Of a DNA stretch of 64,000 bases, positions 20,789 to 31,141 are shown in pieces. How positions within the stretch are numbered: position 1 is the stretch's first letter; the number at the start of each line of letters is the position of its first letter. Made by a program: the position numbers and the translations under genes. The notes below the pieces were generated by a model, which worked only from the letters and a program-made list of their open reading frames with translations, was not told the origin of the DNA and made no database searches. The DNA comes from Sedimentisphaerales bacterium (GTDB lineage: Bacteria; Planctomycetota; Phycisphaerae; Sedimentisphaerales; SM23-30), in the NCBI GenBank assembly GCA_963663965.2, contig CAXXFK010000029.1, positions 160,001 to 224,000 on the forward strand, in the 5' to 3' direction.

Positions 20789-22885
20789 ATGAAACTTTTA
20801 CTAGACAATCGAGTAACGCAACAAAGATTTCTGGCACTTTTAATGACACTATTGTGTTCAGGTATCTTTGGCTGGTGTTCGGGAATGTACATTTATACCG
20901 GGGTCATCATTCTGCTGGCTCTGGCAGGTTATTCAGGTCGTTATGATTTTAAAATTCGCAGGTCGCGCCAGATTATTTTATTTCTGATTATTGCCCTGAT
21001 TTATGCCTTTTATTATCGTCTCGTCTATATTCGAACCGCTGTCAGCAGTAGCGGGCAACTACGGTTGCAGGCGCAAGTTGCCACCCAATATTTTTTATTC
21101 GGTATGGCCAGTATATTTTATTTCTCGGGTAAACGGCCTGTTACTCCCTGGATTATGATCTGTGGGATTATATCAGTGTTAACCAGTGGTCAGTTGATTT
21201 ATGACGCGAATGCGAACCGGCTTTTTCAAGTCTTGGCGATGGTGTATCTGGCCATGATTATCGCCCTGGGCATGCTCAGCCGGGTACCCCTGCCAACCGG
21301 TACGCACCAAAAAGCAGGAACGATGTCGGCCTTTCGGTGGGGATTGGCGGCCGGATGTTTTGGGCTTACTCTGTGGCTGGGTTGGTTTGGCGGTGAAATG
21401 TTGAATCGTTACCATGGCCGGATTGTCTCTTTGATATTTAAAATGCAATATCGACCATTTCGTTATCCCAAACAAAAAGCCGATGCCATTGGGTTTGATA
21501 GCAGTGGTAAACTTAATAGTCTGGAGAAGATAAAACTCGCAAACGGCAATCAAGTGGCTTTTCGAATTTTTTCAGACCAACCGCCAGGGTATATACGAAA
21601 TAAGGTATTTGAATCCTATAGCAATGGTGAGTGGGAATCATCGAGAAATCCTCAAGATATTGAACCTTATACCGAGAATCTGGTGTTTTCCAGCCAGATG
21701 CCCGACTATGGCAAGTTGTTTGTATGGACCAAACTGGCGCCAGATAATCCGGAGATTCTGAATATCTGGCCGGCACCCCATATCAACAGCGGTATGTTTA
21801 CCCCGTTGGGGACCATGGCAGTACAATGTGATGTTGACATTGTGACAGTCGATGATAATGGCATTATCGATTCGGATAGTTTGCGGACCGGTATCGATTA
21901 CAGTGTGGCGGTCGATCCATTACAGAAAAGCAATGAGCCTCTTGCTGAGAACAAGCGTAGCACTTATCTGACGTTGCCTTTGTCACCGGTACTTGATCCT
22001 CAAATCAATAATTTGGCCCGGGAGATTTTTAAAGACTGCAAGAATACCAGTGATAAACTTCAAGCTGTGGTTCGATATTTTCAGACCAATTACGATTATC
22101 AATTAGGGATTGAAGTTCCAAATGGGCAGGATCCGCTTAATTATTTTCTACTAAAAAAACCTCCGGCGCATTGTGAATTTTTTGCCAGTGGCGCCACGAT
22201 CCTGTTACGTCTGGGCAATGTGCCGACGCGCTATGTAACCGGCGCGGTGGCCGATGAGTATAATGCCGTGGGGGAGTATTGGGTGGCGCGTAACAAGGAT
22301 GCCCACGCGTGGTGTGAAGCGTGGAATGAGGATACCCATCGATGGGAGTTGGTCGAGGCGACTCCGGCGTCCGGAGTGCCGCAACGCGCTGAAACGAACT
22401 TCTGGTCAGGTTTATGGGAAACGCTTCGGCTTAAATTACAGGAATTAAGTCTGGCATATGTTCGCAATGGTTTTAGAGGGATGGCTCTGTGGATCTTGAC
22501 TTATCTTGGACGATTGGGACTATGGCTGGTGACTACATTTCAGGGGATGGGATTATTGCTGATTCTGATCATTTTACTTGGACGTAAACGCATTATAGCC
22601 TGGCGAAAACAGACATTACGTCCTTTCCCGGATGAACGAATCGTAGCATTTCACGAACTACTCAGCCGAATGGAGAGGATTCTTGGGCCCAACATATCGC
22701 GTCGGATGACTGGTGAAACGCTACATCAGTATTCGAGACGTTTGATGGAAGATTATCCCGAAGAACCGCGTATCAGAGAAATTGCCAATTGGTATCTGGA
22801 ATATGCAATTATGCGATATGGGATCACAGAGGATATTGAGCAACTAAACGGACTTAGAGAACGGTTACCTGAAAAATCAGGTTGA
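20789..22885 (+). CDS. Membrane transglutaminase-like protein (TgpA/DUF3488 type)
   Basis: Several N-terminal TMs; HCEFFAS (Cys) and DAHAWCE (His); third position reads VEATP. Confidence 0.85.
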   Translation: MKLLLDNRVTQQRFLALLMTLLCSGIFGWCSGMYIYTGVIILLALAGYSGRYDFKIRRSRQIILFLIIALIYAFYYRLVYIRTAVSSSGQLRLQAQVATQYFLFGMASIFYFSGKRPVTPWIMICGIISVLTSGQLIYDANANRLFQVLAMVYLAMIIALGMLSRVPLPTGTHQKAGTMSAFRWGLAAGCFGLTLWLGWFGGEMLNRYHGRIVSLIFKMQYRPFRYPKQKADAIGFDSSGKLNSLEKIKLANGNQVAFRIFSDQPPGYIRNKVFESYSNGEWESSRNPQDIEPYTENLVFSSQMPDYGKLFVWTKLAPDNPEILNIWPAPHINSGMFTPLGTMAVQCDVDIVTVDDNGIIDSDSLRTGIDYSVAVDPLQKSNEPLAENKRSTYLTLPLSPVLDPQINNLAREIFKDCKNTSDKLQAVVRYFQTNYDYQLGIEVPNGQDPLNYFLLKKPPAHCEFFASGATILLRLGNVPTRYVTGAVADEYNAVGEYWVARNKDAHAWCEAWNEDTHRWELVEATPASGVPQRAETNFWSGLWETLRLKLQELSLAYVRNGFRGMALWILTYLGRLGLWLVTTFQGMGLLLILIILLGRKRIIAWRKQTLRPFPDERIVAFHELLSRMERILGPNISRRMTGETLHQYSRRLMEDYPEEPRIREIANWYLEYAIMRYGITEDIEQLNGLRERLPEKSG

Positions 22886-23208
22886 TTTCAGATTTTGGGA
22901 AGTTTCAGGATTGGTTGTCCCTCAATCCGTTCAATCAGGAGTTCAGGCTGTCGCGAACGGGTATGAGTCATAACCGATTTGATCAAGATTGACATTGGGG
23001 GATGATTCGTATTGTTATGATATTAGCCTTGCAGGTTGGGTGTTTTATAAGTTCTTGATAATAAGATGGATATGGTTTGTGAGACTTGTTGTCCATTCGG
23101 GGTGTGATGAATGTGGGGGAATATTCGATTTGAAACAAGGGAGTTGTCGATAATTGGTAAAGCTCAGAGTATGAGTCAGTGACAGATTCGTATGTTATGT
23201 AATAAACG

Positions 23209-24189
23209 ATGAAAAGACGGATACGTATTTTATTAGTTAAGCTGATATGTGGATTGGCCTATTACAGTGGTGTTATAGGACTATGGCGAAGGTTATTTCC
23301 GCTCAAAGGGGTCTGTATTTTATTTTTTCACCAGATGGACAGGATTCGATTTGAGCTGTGCCTGAGATATATTGGTCGGCACTATCAGGTGATCTCAATG
23401 GATGACCTGGTTGATTGCCTGATGGGCCAGCAGTCCATACCGAACTCCGGCGTGGTTCTGACTTTTGATGATGGGTATCGCAGTAATGTTGAGGAGAATC
23501 TACCCGTTTTAAAAGAAATGCAATTGCCGTGTACGGGATTTCTGACAGCAGGGCTGGTTGGGACGGAACAGGTGTTCTGGTGGGACCAATTGGCTTACGC
23601 GATCCGCCATACCCGTGAGGATATTCTAATTCTGAATGGGAATGACTATTCATTAAGAAACAAAATCCATAAAGAAAAAACACTGGCAAGGTGTCTGGCC
23701 TTGCTTAAAAAAGTACCTGAAGCGGAGAAAACGATTCAATTAAATAATATCGTAGAACAATTGGGGTTTAAAAAATCTACTATTCCCTGTGATAATCCTT
23801 TAATGACATGGGAGCAGGTGGTTCTGATGAAAGAATCCGGGATCGGGTTGGGCGCTCATACGCTGGATCATGTGATTTTGTCACAGTGCGATCCGGATGA
23901 ACAAAAACGGCAAATCGAGCTTAGTAAGGATATTATTGAAACCAGGGCCAGATGCCGGGTGCGGCATTTTGCCTATCCGAATGGTCGCAAGGAGGATTAT
24001 GATTTCCACTGCAAGCGTTTGCTTCGCGATTGTGGTTTTGATAGTGCAGTTACGACTGAAATTGGAACAGTGGATCTGGACTCCGATCGTTACGCACTAC
24101 CACGCAAACCGATGACTGCCAATACGACGGTTCCAGTATTGGCGATGACGCTGAGTGGTATGATGGGATCTATTGAATTTGAGTATTGA
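23209..24189 (+). CDS. Polysaccharide deacetylase (CE4/NodB)
   Basis: LTFDDGY, GAHTLDH, FAYPNG motifs. Confidence 0.9.
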   Translation: MKRRIRILLVKLICGLAYYSGVIGLWRRLFPLKGVCILFFHQMDRIRFELCLRYIGRHYQVISMDDLVDCLMGQQSIPNSGVVLTFDDGYRSNVEENLPVLKEMQLPCTGFLTAGLVGTEQVFWWDQLAYAIRHTREDILILNGNDYSLRNKIHKEKTLARCLALLKKVPEAEKTIQLNNIVEQLGFKKSTIPCDNPLMTWEQVVLMKESGIGLGAHTLDHVILSQCDPDEQKRQIELSKDIIETRARCRVRHFAYPNGRKEDYDFHCKRLLRDCGFDSAVTTEIGTVDLDSDRYALPRKPMTANTTVPVLAMTLSGMMGSIEFEY

Positions 24190-24192
24190 GAC

Positions 24193-25269
24193 ATGATGAA
24201 TGATAGCAGACAATGGCGATTTCAATGGCATTTTCAGGAAGATGACGCCTGGAGTAATCCATTCGTTGAAACATGGCACCACATATATCAATCAGGCTCT
24301 AATCATCTGTTTTTCTGTCCGCAATTGGTTCGGATCTGGTATGAGGTCTATCATTGCATAAGGAAAATACAACCCGCGTTTTTACTGGCGGATAATGGCG
24401 AGAAACGATTGGTGTGGCCATTGATCATTGACAAGAGCCCTTTGAAACGTGGGGGATTCAAGTCGTTACGTCCAGCAGGATTTTATGAATTCGATTGTCA
24501 CGATCCGATCACTGATGGGATGATGAGCTTAGAAGACTGGATTGGTTTTTATTGCCAGTTTATTGAAGAATTCAGTACGGTATTACAAGGTCGATCCGGG
24601 TATTTATGGATTCCAAGATTGTACAATATTCCTGCGATCCGTTGTGAGCCGTATCCATGGATGCGACCAGGGACGACCTCTCCTTTTATTGATCTGACGA
24701 GATATGACAGCCTAGACAATTTGTTATTGACCTGTTCCAAGCAGCATCGTCAGGATGTGCGGCGTCAGACGCGCCGATTATCCGAGAAAGGTGATGTACA
24801 ATTGGTGAGCTATACTGCCCGCGATCTGGATCAGGCTTTTGAAGAACTTAAGATTCATTTAGAACATCATTCAATCCAATGGCCGGGCGTTCCTCACGCA
24901 GCCGGTTGGCATGAACGATTGATCAAAGAATTGCTTCCAACCGGAATGGTTGACTTTACAGTTTTGAGATGTGGCGATGAGGTGATAAGCCGACATCTGG
25001 GATTTTCTGATTCTGATAGCTATTATTATTATATGCCAACCTACAATTCGAAATGGTATAATTTTTCACCGGGTAAGATCCATCTGGCGCGTCTGGTTGA
25101 ACGGGCGATCAATCAAGACAAAAAACGATTTGAGTTATTGAGCGGGAATGAGTCTTATAAATATCAGTGGACGCGAGATGAAATCCAACTGCATGGATTG
25201 AAATATGACCGGTTTCCTATGCGAACGGCATTGCTCGAATGGTGTCGTTCTTTTGTGGCCCATCGTTAG
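24193..25269 (+). CDS. GNAT family acetyltransferase (CelD/BcsL-like)
   Basis: RRQTRRLSEKG, YYYMPTYN...SPGKIHL, FELLSGNESYKYQW. Confidence 0.8.
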   Translation: MMNDSRQWRFQWHFQEDDAWSNPFVETWHHIYQSGSNHLFFCPQLVRIWYEVYHCIRKIQPAFLLADNGEKRLVWPLIIDKSPLKRGGFKSLRPAGFYEFDCHDPITDGMMSLEDWIGFYCQFIEEFSTVLQGRSGYLWIPRLYNIPAIRCEPYPWMRPGTTSPFIDLTRYDSLDNLLLTCSKQHRQDVRRQTRRLSEKGDVQLVSYTARDLDQAFEELKIHLEHHSIQWPGVPHAAGWHERLIKELLPTGMVDFTVLRCGDEVISRHLGFSDSDSYYYYMPTYNSKWYNFSPGKIHLARLVERAINQDKKRFELLSGNESYKYQWTRDEIQLHGLKYDRFPMRTALLEWCRSFVAHR

Positions 25270-25295
25270 TGATGGATAGTCTGGAAAGAGTTTAA

Positions 25296-26639
25296 ATGGC
25301 AAAAAAAACCATTTTGTATATAGCGAGTTTTTATCGACCGGTGAATTCCGCACCGGAAATCCGTGCGTCACGACTGACCGAGGCTTTGTTGCGGACTGGT
25401 TGGCGGGTTATGGTGGTGACTGAGGGAGAGCCGGGGCAGATAGAAACCATTCACGAAAATTTGACGATTTATTCGGTGTCAAAGGGAGGTTGTTGTCCAG
25501 GTGTGATTAATGAGAACTTTTCGGCTGCTTGCAAAAAATTCAGATATTGCTCAGATTCAACAAAAGCATTTTTGGGCGGCATATATACAGTATGTCAACA
25601 TCTGATAAAAAATGAACCGGTCAATTTGATATTTACGACAGCTCCTTATTTCAGCCTGAGCAAAGTGGGACAACTGCTGGCCGATGAATTTGGTTTGTCA
25701 TGGATAATGGAGATGCGCGATGCCTGGCATACGGGGATGTACTGGCCGTATCCTTCAAGGCGGCATCAGAGTGTAGCGGCTCAATGGGAAGGTGAATGCA
25801 TCAGACGAGCGGATCGGATTATTACCGTAACGCGAACGCATCAGGAGATACTGGTGGAGAAATATGGCGCGGTTGTTAAAGATAAAGTTACGACGGTCCG
25901 GCACAGTTTTGACCGTTATCAAGTAACGCCAGGTGTTGCACGGCCGGCCGATAAGGCTCGCAAGGAATTTCGACTGGTGCATACCGGGCAGTTGCGCGGC
26001 ATCGATATTTGCGCGGCGGGGGTGTGGGCGAGGCTGGCGCGTGGCGGCTGGCGTGCTATCCGGCGGCTATTGTTCGGGGCCAGCTATTGTGAAAAGCTGC
26101 GTATTGAATGGATGTCGCCGCATTTGACCCTGCAAGCGGCCGGGCGATTGGCCGGGGAGATGGCGGCGTTTAGTCAGGAGGTGGTTTTTGAGTTTGTCGG
26201 GGCGGCCTATCCGCAGGTTGATGACTGGGCCGAGAAGTGTGGTTTGTCGGGGCGGGTTATCCAACATGGTCATTTGCCCCCGGAGCAGACGCAGGCTATC
26301 GTTGACGGTGCGGATGTGCTTTTGCTTTATTTGTATGGTATTGATGCTATGGCCTATCACTGGTGTGTTCCGACCAAGCTTTATACCTATCTAAGCACTG
26401 GCAAGCCGATATTGGCGCCGGTGCCACCGGGAGAAACAGTGGAGATTCTGACGCGGTCTGGCCTGGGGCATGTCGTACCACCCTGGGATGTCGAGGCGGT
26501 TTATCAGGCGTTAAAAGCGCTATACCATCAGCATAAAACAGATGGAATTACAGTGGATCCCGACTGGGAATACATTAACCAGTTTGATGTCTCCTGTCAG
26601 CAGCGGGCGTTTTTGGATGTTGTCAATACTGTAATATGA
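25296..26639 (+). CDS. Glycosyltransferase family 4
   Basis: TAPYFS, EMRDAW, ADRIITV, ADVLLL, PTKLYTYLSTGKPIL. Confidence 0.85.
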   Translation: MAKKTILYIASFYRPVNSAPEIRASRLTEALLRTGWRVMVVTEGEPGQIETIHENLTIYSVSKGGCCPGVINENFSAACKKFRYCSDSTKAFLGGIYTVCQHLIKNEPVNLIFTTAPYFSLSKVGQLLADEFGLSWIMEMRDAWHTGMYWPYPSRRHQSVAAQWEGECIRRADRIITVTRTHQEILVEKYGAVVKDKVTTVRHSFDRYQVTPGVARPADKARKEFRLVHTGQLRGIDICAAGVWARLARGGWRAIRRLLFGASYCEKLRIEWMSPHLTLQAAGRLAGEMAAFSQEVVFEFVGAAYPQVDDWAEKCGLSGRVIQHGHLPPEQTQAIVDGADVLLLYLYGIDAMAYHWCVPTKLYTYLSTGKPILAPVPPGETVEILTRSGLGHVVPPWDVEAVYQALKALYHQHKTDGITVDPDWEYINQFDVSCQQRAFLDVVNTVI

Positions 26640-26648
26640 CAAACAGCT

Positions 26649-27396
26649 ATGCGTAAGTGTATGGATCCAAATGAAGAACCAAAGCCTGGTCTGTGGCCCA
26701 GGTTCTGTTATTATTATCGAACACGTGGTCTGGCCTGGATCATTCGGCTTGAAGTATTTAATATGGTTAGCTGGATTGATGAAAATATTGTCGGTTGGTT
26801 GTGGGATATCCGTTATGGGATTCGGACCATGGGGCGCGTTCCCAAGTGGGAACTGGACCTCAATGAGGACGAAGTGGGGAGTGGAATATCATGGCACTAA
26901 GATATGCCTGTTCCGGCGTATTATCAGGCGGTTTAAGATTCGTACGAATCATCAGGGGCTGGTTGACTATGGCTGCGGGATGGGGCGGGTGATATTACTG
27001 GCGGCGCGATATCCCTTTCGGCAGATAATCGGATTGGAATACAGTAAAATGCTGGTGGATATCTGTCAGGACAACATCAATCGGGTCGCAAAATACTTGA
27101 AATGCCATGATATTCATGTCTTGAACCAGGATGCCAATGAGTATATTCTTTCGCCGGATATCACGGTGTTTTTCTTTTATAATCCATTCACCGGCGATAC
27201 CTTGCGAACGGGATTTCGGCGTATCGAGGACCGATTGAGAGCCCGGCCCCGGCCCATCCAAATCATCTATTACAAGCCGGTTTGCCTAGAAGAGATGATT
27301 GGCGAATTTCCGTGGCTGGGCGAAACGGACCGGTTCACAGACGGACTGGCCGGCTGGCCGGTGGTGCTGTATGAGAATAGACGGTACAGGCAGTGA
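26649..27396 (+). CDS. Class I SAM-dependent methyltransferase, split by a frameshift near 26876-26879 (G run)
   Basis: Frame 1 ends ...DLNEDEVG and frame 2 continues VEYHGT...VDYGCGMGRV...GLEYS...FFYNPF. Confidence 0.8.
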
Positions 27397-27410
27397 AATC
27401 CCAGTTTATC

Positions 27411-28531
27411 AAATACACAGTGTAATATTTTGCAGGATAGGTGAGACGATTTGGTTTATGCCGGGTTCGTGTGGACGGCTTTGAGGGCGAAGAGGCCGGT
27501 GGGGAGTGGGATGGGGTTGGTGCGGCGGTGGTATTGGCCGTTTGTCGGAAGGTTTGGAGTTGCTGGCGGATGTAGGTTTCGGAGCCGATGGCCAGGCCGT
27601 CGATGAAGTGTTTGAACTGTTGCAGGAAGAGGCCGGGGTGGGCGAAACCCAGGGAGCGTTCGTTTTCGAGGATGGCGGCTGGGATTGGGGGTTGTTTGAC
27701 CTGGGTGTCAGCGTCTGAGGGCGTGAGGTTGCCGCGGTAGGTGAGGCGGTGGGTGTAATCTTTGAGGGCCTGGGGTTCGGTGGTGCGCTGGTCGAAGAGT
27801 TGATGGAGGGGCAGCAGCCAGGCGGCGGCGTGGCCGCGCTGGGTGCGTTGGTGGTAGGAGCAGAATTCGTAATCGGCGGGGTGGGCGGCCTGGCCGGCGC
27901 GGACGGGGTTGAGATCGACGTAGAGCATGCAGTCGCGGACGGCGCGTAAGTCTTTTAGGAATACGGACTTGAAGCGCGTGGCCCAGAAGCGGCCGCGGCG
28001 TTCGAAGGTCTGGTTGTACCATTTGGCGAAGCGGGCCTGGAGGTTGCGGAGGAGCTCGGAGAGGTCGAAGAGGCGGTCGTTGAAGCGCTGCCATTGGGCC
28101 GGGGACCAGTTGGCGATGATTTCCTGGGAATGGGGGCCGGGGTAGAGGAGGTGGGCGCGGCGGGCGAGTTCGGCGGGCGGGAGCTGGGATTTGGGGTCGA
28201 AGCGGAGGATGAGGTGGTAGTGGTTGCCCATGAGGGCGAAGGCGGTGACCTCGCAGCAGTAGGCGCGGGTGTAGTGCTGGATGAGGGCGAGGAGTTTACG
28301 GCGGCAGTTGGGCTGCTGAAGCGGGCGGTCGGCGGGTGAGCCGGCGATGCGGCTGTAGACGTGGTAAAAGGCGGCGAAACGGGTCTGCTTGAAGCGAAGG
28401 CGGCAGGACATAACGTAACTCCTTTTATATAAATACGATATACTAATTAATGATTGGTATGAGGGCTTTGGATAGTTGAAGGATAATGGGTGAAAAAAGA
28501 GTTGTCAACCAATTTAAATACACTGTGTATA
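27411..28531 (-). mobile_element. Y1/HUH transposase element bounded by 11-bp quasi-palindromes
   Basis: TACACAGTGTA (27414-27424) and its reverse complement TACACTGTGTA (28519-28529), each preceded by AAA, enclose the transposase; composition differs sharply from most of the window. Confidence 0.6.
27456..28411 (-). CDS. REP-associated tyrosine transposase-like (Y1_Tnp) protein, probable frameshift near 27541-27543
   Basis: YHVYSR, LMGNHYHL (HUH), RGRFWATRFKS, YVDLNPVRAG (catalytic Tyr); restoring one A gives the C-terminus GQYHRRTNPIPLPTGLFALKAVHTNPA with stop at 27456-27458. Confidence 0.88.
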
Positions 28532-28545
28532 ATAAAATATTGGGC

Positions 28546-28573
28546 TTGTGTGAGATGGTGGGTGTGGTATAAT
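28546..28573 (+). promoter_or_regulatory. Putative sigma70 promoter for iorAB
   Basis: TTGTGT-N16-TATAAT with extended -10 TGn. Confidence 0.35.
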
Positions 28574-28691
28574 GTGATGCCCCGATAGATGAGGGGTTTT
28601 GCTGTTTAATGGTAAATGTTTAATGATGAGGTTATGTCCTGTTGTGGCATTGGCCGAATAGTAAGTTCATTTTAAGTTTGGAGATATTCGA

Positions 28692-30449
28692 TTGAAACAG
28701 CTTTTAAGTGGTAATGAAGCCATTGCACGAGGTGCTTATGAGGCTGGGGTGACCGTGGCATCGGGTTATCCAGGTACTCCGTCCACCGAAATTCTGGAAA
28801 ATATTGTTAAATATAAAGATAGCCTCTATTGCGAGTGGGCGCCGAATGAGAAGGTGGCCTTCGAAGTAGGAGCGGCGGCGGCGTTTGCCGGGGCGAGGGT
28901 TCTGGTGACGATGAAGCACGTGGGATTGAATGTCGCGGCCGATCCATTAATGACAATGAGTTATATTGGCGCCGAAGGCGGTATGGTGATTATTGTGGCG
29001 GATGATCCCGGAATGCATTCATCGCAAAATGAACAGGATAGCCGCCATTATGCCCGTTTTGCCAAGGTGCCGATGCTGGAACCGGCCAGTAGTGATGAAG
29101 CTCGTGATTTTGTCAAACTTGGTATTGAACTGTCGGAAAAGTATCAGACTCCTGTTTTGCTCAGGACCTGTACTCGGGTTAGCCATTCCCGCAGTATCGT
29201 CGAACTGGGGGAAAGAATCGAATCGGAAAAGGTTGTCGGATTTCAAAAGAATCCGCCCAGATTTGTTACCGTTCCGCTCTGGTCGCGGCAGATGCGGGTT
29301 AAGGTTGAAGAACGGCTGAAAGCGTTGCAGACAGAAGCCTGTCAGTCGCCGGCCAACCGGATTGAAATGCGTGATAAGCGCCTGGGGATTATTGTTGATT
29401 CCATTTCCTATCAATATGTCCGTGAGGTGTGGCCGGAAGCCTCGATCCTTAAACTGGGTTTTACCTATCCGTTTCCGGATGACCTGATCAAGCAGTTTGC
29501 CAGTCAGGTGGATTCTGTTTTGATTGTAGAAGAGCTGGACGATTTTCTGGAAGAACATATCAAGGCGTTGGGTATCCGTTGTCAGGGGAAAGAGGTAATC
29601 CCTAATATCGGTGAGTTGTCGATTGATATTCTGCAACAAGTACGAGCAAAGATTGAAGGTAAGGATTATGCTGTTGCCGCTGCTCCGAAATATGCCGCTC
29701 AATTACCTGCCCGGCCTCCCGTGTTATGTCCCGGTTGCCCGCATCGCGGAGTTTTCAGCGTCCTTGCCAAGCATGATGTTATCGTAACTGGCGATATTGG
29801 ATGTTATAGTCTGGGGACATTCAAGCCGTTGGAACGGCTGGATGTGATTTTATGTATGGGAGCCGGGGTGTCGATGGCACACGGCCTGGATAAGGCGGGT
29901 GAACCCAAAAAAGTGGTTGGCATGGTTGGCGATTCCACATTTTTCCATAGTGGCATAACGGGTTTACTCGATATCGCTTATAACAAAGGGGCGTCCACTA
30001 TTATTGTAGTTGACAACCGGACCACAGCCATGACCGGTCATCAGGACCATCCAGGAACTGGTCGTACCTTGATGGGTGAGGCCACGGTGGAAGCCTCCAT
30101 TGAAAATATTGCCAGAGCCTGCGGTATTAAACATGTGGTGACCATCAATCCTTACGATGCTGAAACCACTCGTCGGGTCATTAAAGAAGAACTGGAACGC
30201 CCCGAGGCTTCGCTGATTGTGTCCAAGGGGGCATGCCCGTTAAATGAGCGCAAACATATCGGTCCGGTGATGCGAATTGACGCGGAGAAATGCAAGGTAT
30301 GCAAAATGTGTCTGAAACTGGGTTGTCCGGCGATCGATGGTTCCGGTGATAAGCCGCAGATCAATGAATACCTTTGTATGGGGTGCAGTTTGTGTCGACA
30401 AAGTTGTAAATTCGGCGCGATCGATCCGGCGAGTTGTAAATGCGAATAA
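28692..30449 (+). CDS. iorA: Indolepyruvate:ferredoxin oxidoreductase alpha subunit
   Basis: GNEAIARG, GYPGTPSTE, MKHVGLNVAAD, SSQNEQDSR, LCPGCPHR, GDSTFFHSG, two C-terminal Fe-S Cys motifs. Confidence 0.95.
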   Translation: MKQLLSGNEAIARGAYEAGVTVASGYPGTPSTEILENIVKYKDSLYCEWAPNEKVAFEVGAAAAFAGARVLVTMKHVGLNVAADPLMTMSYIGAEGGMVIIVADDPGMHSSQNEQDSRHYARFAKVPMLEPASSDEARDFVKLGIELSEKYQTPVLLRTCTRVSHSRSIVELGERIESEKVVGFQKNPPRFVTVPLWSRQMRVKVEERLKALQTEACQSPANRIEMRDKRLGIIVDSISYQYVREVWPEASILKLGFTYPFPDDLIKQFASQVDSVLIVEELDDFLEEHIKALGIRCQGKEVIPNIGELSIDILQQVRAKIEGKDYAVAAAPKYAAQLPARPPVLCPGCPHRGVFSVLAKHDVIVTGDIGCYSLGTFKPLERLDVILCMGAGVSMAHGLDKAGEPKKVVGMVGDSTFFHSGITGLLDIAYNKGASTIIVVDNRTTAMTGHQDHPGTGRTLMGEATVEASIENIARACGIKHVVTINPYDAETTRRVIKEELERPEASLIVSKGACPLNERKHIGPVMRIDAEKCKVCKMCLKLGCPAIDGSGDKPQINEYLCMGCSLCRQSCKFGAIDPASCKCE

Positions 30450-30529
30450 GTCAGGCGTTTGATCACAATGGGATAACAGGCTCCCTGCTGATTTCAAAAT
30501 GATTATTAACTATGAAATTTGAGTGAACA

Positions 30530-31114
30530 ATGCAAAATGAAATAACCAGTGTTGTCCTGGCCGGAGTTGGTGGCCAAGGAATCTTGTTAGCCAGTGAAAT
30601 CGTCGCCCAAGCCGCCATGCTGGCCGGGCACGATGTGAAGACCAATGAAGTGCACGGGATGGCACAGCGTGGCGGGTCGGTAATCGCGCAGATTCGTTAT
30701 GGCAGACAGGTGCACAGTCCGATCGTGCAAAAGGGGACCGCACGGGTTCTGGGTGCCCTGGAACAGATCGAGGCGTTACGTTATGCCGATTATCTGGCCC
30801 CCGGTGGTCTGGTTGTCGCCAATCTTCAAGAGCTTATTCCGGTGACGGTTTCGATGGGGGCGGCACAATATCCGGCGGATGTTCCAGTCAAGCTTAAAGA
30901 GCAGTTTCCCCGTTTGATTACTGTGGATGCCGCAGAGGTTGCGGTGGAATTAGGAAATATCCGCGCCGCCAATGTGGTATTACTGGGGGCCCTGTCGACC
31001 GGGCTTGATTTGCCCTATGAGTCCTGGATCCAGTCTGTAGAAACCTGCGTGAAAGCCCAATATCAGGAATTAAACCTGAAGGCATTTGAAAAAGGGCGAT
31101 CTCTGGCCGGATAG
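30530..31114 (+). CDS. iorB: Indolepyruvate:ferredoxin oxidoreductase beta subunit
   Basis: GVGGQG, EVHGMAQRGGSV, NVVLLGA, NLKAFEKG. Confidence 0.95.
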   Translation: MQNEITSVVLAGVGGQGILLASEIVAQAAMLAGHDVKTNEVHGMAQRGGSVIAQIRYGRQVHSPIVQKGTARVLGALEQIEALRYADYLAPGGLVVANLQELIPVTVSMGAAQYPADVPVKLKEQFPRLITVDAAEVAVELGNIRAANVVLLGALSTGLDLPYESWIQSVETCVKAQYQELNLKAFEKGRSLAG

Positions 31115-31141
31115 AATGTTGCGTTCTGGATCCTGACTGGC

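Noticed and set aside
27335..27455. Pro/Ser/Thr-rich C-terminal tail of the 358-aa transposase ORF
   Set aside because: Likely frameshift artefact; it would overlap the convergent methyltransferase and the flanking palindrome.
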